64,000 bases of DNA from an uncultured virus (IMG/VR IMGVR_UViG_3300002835_000011) (Duplodnaviria; Heunggongvirae; Uroviricota; Caudoviricetes): the IMG/VR virus record IMGVR_UViG_3300002835_000011, one strand, 5' to 3'. Position 1 is the stretch's first letter. The number at the start of each line of letters is the position of its first letter. Under the pieces are notes generated by a model. The model saw nothing but the letters and a program-made list of their open reading frames with translations, was not told the origin of the DNA and searched no databases. The position numbers were made by a program, and so were the translations under genes. Below, in pieces: positions 58,373 through 64,000 of the stretch.

Positions 58373-59857
58373 TTAGTTTTTACTTGTCTTAACATCAGAA
58401 TCTAGGTAGCTTACTTTTTTCTTAGCCTTATCTGGATTTATTGAAACAGTAAACGTCATTTGTATTTCTTTTATTGTAACTAGATCAGCTTTAATACCTC
58501 CGGTTTCCGGGACATATACAGTCTTTGTTCCTGTTTGTCCTGGAACTATTTGTGTACCTGTTACATTAAGAATTACCTTTCTAAAAGTTTTTCTAGTCTT
58601 CTCATCAGTTATTGCCTCCCCTTGTATTTCAGGATCTTTTGCTGTAGGATTTGCATCAGGAGAAATTTCTTTTAGGAAAGTTACTACTGAATTTGCTCTC
58701 TCGCCAGCTAATTTAAGATTTCCTGCCTTGTCCTTAGCGTATGTTGCTGCCGTATATTCAGTTTTAGAAGATGGACCTTCTTGAGAAGCCGATCCTGTAA
58801 CTTCTATTTTAGAAACTGAGCTAAAATTTTGAGTTATAGCATTAAAGATAGCTTTTTTTCCGTTTTCGGTTAGTTCAGATGATCCAGTCTTAAATAGAAT
58901 ACCATTTTCTTCAATTTCTAATGTTTTTGTTGAATCTGCTTCTTTATATGGAATTTCCACAGGAACTATATCAGTATAATAAGAAAGAACTCCTTTTCTT
59001 GATTTGACAGAATTCGGTGTTAAGCAATAGAAAACAAATGTAAATTCCGCTTTGTTTGCACCTAATTTTCCTTTAGATTTTGTTTTATATTCATCCCCAG
59101 CGACAGTTTGATCATAGAATAATTTTTTTCTTTTAACATCTCCTCTATCTAAAGACATCTTAACTGGCTCTACGCCACTGTAAGGCGTTACTTGTTCAGT
59201 GTTTGTCCATTCAGAAATAGTGATTACCTTATCTGCATCAGTTATATAGTATTGACCGCTAGATCCTGATCCGTCGATTTTATTTTTTTCCTTACCTTTA
59301 TATTTAAATCCTAAAGCTCCCCAAAGGCCTCCTCTTTTTTGCATTTCGCCTTTCGGAACATTACCAAATTCTGCTTTACCTTTTTTTGTATCTACGATTC
59401 CATATTCATTGGACTTCTGAGTGATATTTTTAAGGTTGATAAGATTTAGAAGATCTACGATTTTTATCATTCCCTTCTCGTTTGCCTCAAATTTAGATCC
59501 ATCAAGGGTAGTTCCTATAGGTGCTCCTTTAGTGACATAAACCATTCCTTGTAATAATTTATTGTACTCTATATTGTTTACAGTAACGTCAATGCCATCT
59601 ATATTTGTGTATTCGCTCTTTAGTCTCTCTGATATAATCATTCCGAATCTTTCACCAGCTTTTGCTAAAAGTTTATCAGATTCGGTATTTAAATTGTCTT
59701 GTTTGAAATTCTCCTCTATATAGGAAAGCATCTTTGCAGTTTCTTTATCTAGATCAGCTCCTAATAAGGTTTTAACATCGTCCCATGTTTTACCCTCGCT
59801 GATCATAGAATATGCTTCAAATATAAATTCATTGAAAGATAGTACTTGCTTTTTCAT
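58373..59857 (-). CDS. OmpA-C domain protein with MKKQVLSFNEFIFE leader
   Basis: LFKTGSSEL, EVTGSAS.EG, N.KLA.ERA.SV..FL, FRKV. Confidence 0.85.
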   Translation of the reverse strand: MKKQVLSFNEFIFEAYSMISEGKTWDDVKTLLGADLDKETAKMLSYIEENFKQDNLNTESDKLLAKAGERFGMIISERLKSEYTNIDGIDVTVNNIEYNKLLQGMVYVTKGAPIGTTLDGSKFEANEKGMIKIVDLLNLINLKNITQKSNEYGIVDTKKGKAEFGNVPKGEMQKRGGLWGALGFKYKGKEKNKIDGSGSSGQYYITDADKVITISEWTNTEQVTPYSGVEPVKMSLDRGDVKRKKLFYDQTVAGDEYKTKSKGKLGANKAEFTFVFYCLTPNSVKSRKGVLSYYTDIVPVEIPYKEADSTKTLEIEENGILFKTGSSELTENGKKAIFNAITQNFSSVSKIEVTGSASQEGPSSKTEYTAATYAKDKAGNLKLAGERANSVVTFLKEISPDANPTAKDPEIQGEAITDEKTRKTFRKVILNVTGTQIVPGQTGTKTVYVPETGGIKADLVTIKEIQMTFTVSINPDKAKKKVSYLDSDVKTSKN

Positions 59858-59966
59858 TATTCTGTTTTTTATTATATATCCAGATTTGAAATAAATTCCA
59901 AGAATCCTTTTTTTATCCGTAGATAATGCTCTATATTTGTTATGTCTAACAATTAAAAAGAAATTT

Positions 59967-60410
59967 ATGAAAAAGTTAAGTCTATTATTGTTATTTATTT
60001 CCTTAGTAGGGATTAATAACAAAGGTTTTAGCAACTGTCCGGATGATCCGGTACCATTATTTGTAGGATTGGAGAAAATTAAGGTTTCTTTCGACGAAAC
60101 TCTAACTAACTTCTTTAAACATGATGTTGAATTGGATTCAACTCTAAGAGAAAGTTGCATCAAATTCTTAGAAAAAGAGGTTGATGGTAAAGAAATAGTT
60201 AAGGGAAAAAACTACGCCTATTATCATCAAATGTGGGAGCTCTCAGAAAAGCCAGAAAATTACAAGGCTGATGGATTATGTAAATCCTTACTTAAGTCTA
60301 TGAGTCAGGAGGATCTAGCCAATTATATTAACTATATAGATGGAAATAGATTTTGGGTAGAGAGTATCGAGAAAAACGGCAAATATTATCTAGTAATTGC
60401 TTTAAACTAG
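59967..60410 (+). CDS. secreted protein, paralog of 57859-58308
   Basis: signal peptide; near-identical promoter and leader. Confidence 0.8.
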   Translation: MKKLSLLLLFISLVGINNKGFSNCPDDPVPLFVGLEKIKVSFDETLTNFFKHDVELDSTLRESCIKFLEKEVDGKEIVKGKNYAYYHQMWELSEKPENYKADGLCKSLLKSMSQEDLANYINYIDGNRFWVESIEKNGKYYLVIALN

Positions 60411-60473
60411 AATACTCCAATAAAAACAAAAAAGGATCCATATGGATCCTTTTTTTATGCGTAATTTGTTTTA

Positions 60474-61985
60474 TTATTTACCTCTAACTTTAGTTTTTCT
60501 AGGAGATACCTCCATTGTTATTATAGTTTGGTAGATATCAACTTTATCAGGATTGAATTGACGAAGTGTAGGTACATACTCGATGTAATCTTCTTCACCT
60601 GGTCTGGTAGTTGTTTTTGTTCCTTTAATCTTAAACTGTACCTTTCTCATTTTCTTTCTTTCCTCCTCTGTTTTATCAGGAAATTTAGGCTGGATATTAG
60701 CACTAGTAGAGCTAGTTACACTCGTTGGTGGGATATTCCATTCTTTTACACCTTTAATAAAGTCTGCAACTGCTTTAGCTCTTTCTATACAAAGTGTTGT
60801 ATTTCTATCGACTGTGCCTTCTTGTGAAGCAAATCCTAATACCTCAATGGATTCAATTGAGTAGAATCCTTCTATAGCAGCTTTAATGTTATTCTTACCA
60901 CTCTCTAAAAGACCAGATTCATCAACATTGAATAAAACTGGCTTGTCATTTACATCATTTGTATACATATCAAGGGTATATTCTATGACATCATCACCTG
61001 ATGGTCTCATCTTTTCAATTAAAGCTATATCTGTAAAAGGTATTTCTCTAGTTGATTTTTCTGAATTACCTACTGCATAAAGAACTAGTGTAAAATAAGC
61101 CTTTGGTGTTTTAGTAACTTTGCTTTTACCTTTGGTTGGTAATTTTTGATCATCCGTTAATTCAGCACCCAGAGGTAAAGCTAACTCATATCCGGTTACA
61201 ACAGTTTTATTTCCACCAATATTAGAAAATCCCTTTCTGTCCCTTCCTTTTTTAGGTGATCCTCCCAGAGCCATATCTTTGTATGTAGAAGAAGATGTTT
61301 CCACTTTGATAACTCCGCTCTCTATTCCTGTTATAACACTGTTACCTAATAATCCTGATCCATCGAGGTACATTGTATCCTTAGATTCGTTTCTTGTCTT
61401 TGTGTCTCTTTCAAAAAATGAAGCTAAAAAGTTTGCAAATTTAGCTGCTCCCTTTTTATTTATGTTTTTTCTGTAGTCTTTCATTGAAGCGGTAAATCTT
61501 CTATCAGTTTGAACCTTACTCCATTCAACTTTTCCTTTGTAACTTCCTGCTCCTATGTTTGATTTAGCATCACAGTTATTAAGATTTAAAAGATAGATAA
61601 AATCTAAAAGATTAGCCCTTGACTCTTTCTTATTCTCATTTAAAAGAACATGTCCCGCTATCAAGTTGTCGTAAGTAATGGTATTAATCTTTGAGACAAC
61701 AGAAGTTATTTCAACCACCTCATTTGTTATACCATCTAAAACACTCATCATTCTTGATCCTAATACATCCTCCGCATCTGAATTCTCTTCAGTACTAACA
61801 GATTTTGCAATACCCGATAAAGTTCCTAATTTTTCCTTAGCATCTGCAGATAATCCAGCTTTATCTAATTTGCTTATTGCCTCTATTAGATCATTAGCTC
61901 CACCGGAATCTCCCTCCATTATTCTAGATACTGAATTATATGCTTCGAATATGAATTCATTAAAGGATAATACTTGTTTTTTCAT
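60474..61985 (-). CDS. OmpA-C domain protein, paralog of 58373-59857
   Basis: LFNVDES.L, EVLGFAS.EG, N..LC.ERA.AV..FI, MRKV. Confidence 0.85.
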   Translation of the reverse strand: MKKQVLSFNEFIFEAYNSVSRIMEGDSGGANDLIEAISKLDKAGLSADAKEKLGTLSGIAKSVSTEENSDAEDVLGSRMMSVLDGITNEVVEITSVVSKINTITYDNLIAGHVLLNENKKESRANLLDFIYLLNLNNCDAKSNIGAGSYKGKVEWSKVQTDRRFTASMKDYRKNINKKGAAKFANFLASFFERDTKTRNESKDTMYLDGSGLLGNSVITGIESGVIKVETSSSTYKDMALGGSPKKGRDRKGFSNIGGNKTVVTGYELALPLGAELTDDQKLPTKGKSKVTKTPKAYFTLVLYAVGNSEKSTREIPFTDIALIEKMRPSGDDVIEYTLDMYTNDVNDKPVLFNVDESGLLESGKNNIKAAIEGFYSIESIEVLGFASQEGTVDRNTTLCIERAKAVADFIKGVKEWNIPPTSVTSSTSANIQPKFPDKTEEERKKMRKVQFKIKGTKTTTRPGEEDYIEYVPTLRQFNPDKVDIYQTIITMEVSPRKTKVRGK

Positions 61986-62014
61986 TTTGTTTTTTTTTTG
62001 TTGTTTTATATATC

Positions 62015-64000
62015 TCAAAAAGAATAACTAAAGCTCTCGAACGTGTTTACGTAATTTCTTGATTCGTTGCTTTTCTTTTTGAATCCCCCTTTAGGTTCTT
62101 TTAATTTGATCCCTTTGTCTGCACTGAATTCTCCTCTGGATTTTTTATTAGGTCCAGATATTACCGTATATTTACCATCGTTGAATAGTGTTACTGATCC
62201 TTCAGCTTCTTTCGATCTTATGGTATAAGTTGCTTTTCCACTAGGACTTGATCCCCAGCTTCCTTTCTCTTTAGAAACCCCTGGAAATTTTTTCTTGAAT
62301 TCATCCTGAGCTTTCTTAATTTTTTCTACCATCTTCTGTGTACCGCCGCCGGCTTTAACCATTGTTGCTACACCTTTGTTTCCTATCTTCTTTATAGCTG
62401 ATTTGTCTTTTGCAGTTATTACTACCTCTTTCTTTTCTATTTTAGGAGGTTCTGCTTTTTTAATACCAGCAACTGGAGATTTTAAGCTTTTATTTCCTTC
62501 GATAGCTTTAGAGATTGCAGCATTTCTTTTTCCTAATGATGTCATCCATCCAGTTAAAGGCTTAACTGTAGGTTTAATGTATTTGTCTATAAATTTTTGA
62601 GCAACTGATGTCATAGGTCTTACCGCTGTACTAAGAGCTCCCGATATTATACCTCCGATAAAAGAAGATCCTTGATCTTTTTTGAACTTATCTATACCTC
62701 CAGTTATTTTTCCAGGTAAATCCATTAATCCGTTTATAACCTTACCTATTCCAGAAATACCTTTTACTATAACATCATATAGCCATCCAAAACAAGATTT
62801 ACCGACATAAACAAGGAAATTTATAAGTAATTCACCAAATCCCCATCCTCCGCCTTCTTGTTCGTTTATATTACCATCCCAATTTTGATATTCAGATTCT
62901 TCATTATAATCATAGCTGTCTAGAATTGCTGATTTTCCTTGATCTACTCCTTTATCTATAACACCCGCAATTGTTTTTGAGTTTTTAGCGATTTTAGGAA
63001 ATTTAGATATTGCATTTTTTACGAATGGTGCTTTCTCGCAAAGAGTTACGAAAAATTCCCCGAGCCAAGCTGAACATCCTATAGCCTTTCCTGCTCCTGC
63101 AGAAGCAACTGAACCAAATGCAGTAGATGTAAATTTATTTGTCCATCCCACAACAGATGCCTTAATACCTATACCTATTGCTCCCATACCCGGTAAAGCT
63201 TCAGAAGCCGATGCTATTAAATCTCTTATTCCTAATAATAAGCTAGCGGATCCAAATATAATTTTACCACCCCCTTTTACTATCTCTCCAACTTTCTCTG
63301 CCTTACCGATAGCTTGACTAGATTTAATTAAATCTCTAGCTCCTTCATATACTGTTATGCCTCCTGCTATAGTAGCAAGTATTGGAGTTAAAAATTGTGC
63401 AACTGGAATAAAGCTTAATATTGTTCCGATTATAGTTAAAACTAGTCCAATACATGTTAGAGGATTTTCTTTTGCGAATGCAGCTACCATAGATAATATC
63501 TTTTTGCTGAATTCCCAAACTTTCTTAGCACCGTTTGATAGTGCGTCCCATGCTTTTCCAACTTTCTTACCTACATAAGCTGCAGCTTTTTTTACTGGTT
63601 GAATCACATATTTGTTAACTGCTCCTGCAGCACTTTTTACCGTGCCTTTAACCCATCCCCATAAACCCTCTTCGATTAATTCGATTCCTTCTTTAAGTTT
63701 ACTAAGAGTAGATTCTTTTATAATATGTAATCTGTTATTTTTAAACAGTATAGAATATCCCTCGTATGTAGAATTATCTTCTAAATAAATTATATTAGAT
63801 TCTCCTTCAAACCAATCCTGGTTATGCTCATATAAAACCCCAAGCTCGTAAGTATAATAAGCCTTCTCCATAAGAAGATTATTTTCCTCCTCCGTGTTAT
63901 TTTCATTTAATGTAGGGGCGAAAAAATTAGAGAATTCATTAAAATCCCATGCTGCCATACAACCTTCTCTAAGCATAGACATTTGGTTAATTTTAGCTTC
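62015..64000 (-). CDS. large Gly/Ala/Lys-rich protein with TM/amphipathic helices, probably virion-associated; may start beyond the right edge
   Basis: 655+ aa ORF open to the window edge; hydrophobic hairpin; many L/I-x-E sites. Confidence 0.75.
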   Translation of the reverse strand, partial: EAKINQMSMLREGCMAAWDFNEFSNFFAPTLNENNTEEENNLLMEKAYYTYELGVLYEHNQDWFEGESNIIYLEDNSTYEGYSILFKNNRLHIIKESTLSKLKEGIELIEEGLWGWVKGTVKSAAGAVNKYVIQPVKKAAAYVGKKVGKAWDALSNGAKKVWEFSKKILSMVAAFAKENPLTCIGLVLTIIGTILSFIPVAQFLTPILATIAGGITVYEGARDLIKSSQAIGKAEKVGEIVKGGGKIIFGSASLLLGIRDLIASASEALPGMGAIGIGIKASVVGWTNKFTSTAFGSVASAGAGKAIGCSAWLGEFFVTLCEKAPFVKNAISKFPKIAKNSKTIAGVIDKGVDQGKSAILDSYDYNEESEYQNWDGNINEQEGGGWGFGELLINFLVYVGKSCFGWLYDVIVKGISGIGKVINGLMDLPGKITGGIDKFKKDQGSSFIGGIISGALSTAVRPMTSVAQKFIDKYIKPTVKPLTGWMTSLGKRNAAISKAIEGNKSLKSPVAGIKKAEPPKIEKKEVVITAKDKSAIKKIGNKGVATMVKAGGGTQKMVEKIKKAQDEFKKKFPGVSKEKGSWGSSPSGKATYTIRSKEAEGSVTLFNDGKYTVISGPNKKSRGEFSADKGIKLKEPKGGFKKKSNESRNYVNTFESFSYSF

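Noticed and set aside
59858..60163. N-terminal extension of the 596-aa ORF
   Set aside because: It overlaps the opposite-strand secreted gene and promoters; the paralog and GATATATA motif point to a start at 59857.
1..64000. Stop-codon recoding as in some large phages
   Set aside because: Coding density is high in code 11, and TAG, TGA and TAA all end genes directly before terminators, promoters or coupled starts.

Overview
This window looks like part of a large (jumbo/huge) dsDNA phage genome. The host is probably a Bacteroidota, inferred from the TAnnTTTG-type -7 promoter boxes, A-rich leaders without Shine-Dalgarno sequences, and a Bacteroidota-SigA-like sigma factor. Genes read cleanly in genetic code 11. 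The window has four parts. (1) 1-9.4 kb: minus-strand genes preceded by a GATATATA motif, many starting with an MK(H/Y)IKLFE leader typical of capsid-packaged proteins. (2) About 10-43.8 kb: a minus-strand array of small genes, most with their own near-identical promoter (AAATCATTTTT-N~18-TAnnTT(T/A)G). Many units also have a terminator followed by TTTTTTGTG and a recurring 14-bp quasi-palindrome CTGGGGTTCCTCAG; one duplicated unit starts and ends at this palindrome. The array includes a sigma70, a MoxR AAA+ with two vWA proteins, a RadA/KaiC-like ATPase and an ArfA-like peptide. It is bounded by two unusual non-coding blocks (9.4-10 kb and 43.8-44.7 kb); gene orientation and G/C skew flip at the second. 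(3) 44.7-47.5 kb: six translationally coupled LRR-like paralogs built from 60-nt modules. (4) 47.5-64 kb: a mixed region with a tmRNA carrying a 31-codon tag, Prim-Pol, 2OG-Fe(II) oxygenase, DUF4326, a holin/GAF-like protein, a PD-(D/E)XK nuclease, two duplicated modules pairing a secreted protein with an OmpA-domain protein, and a large membrane-segment protein. All family calls come from motif recognition by eye, with no database searches, and repeat counts are approximate.
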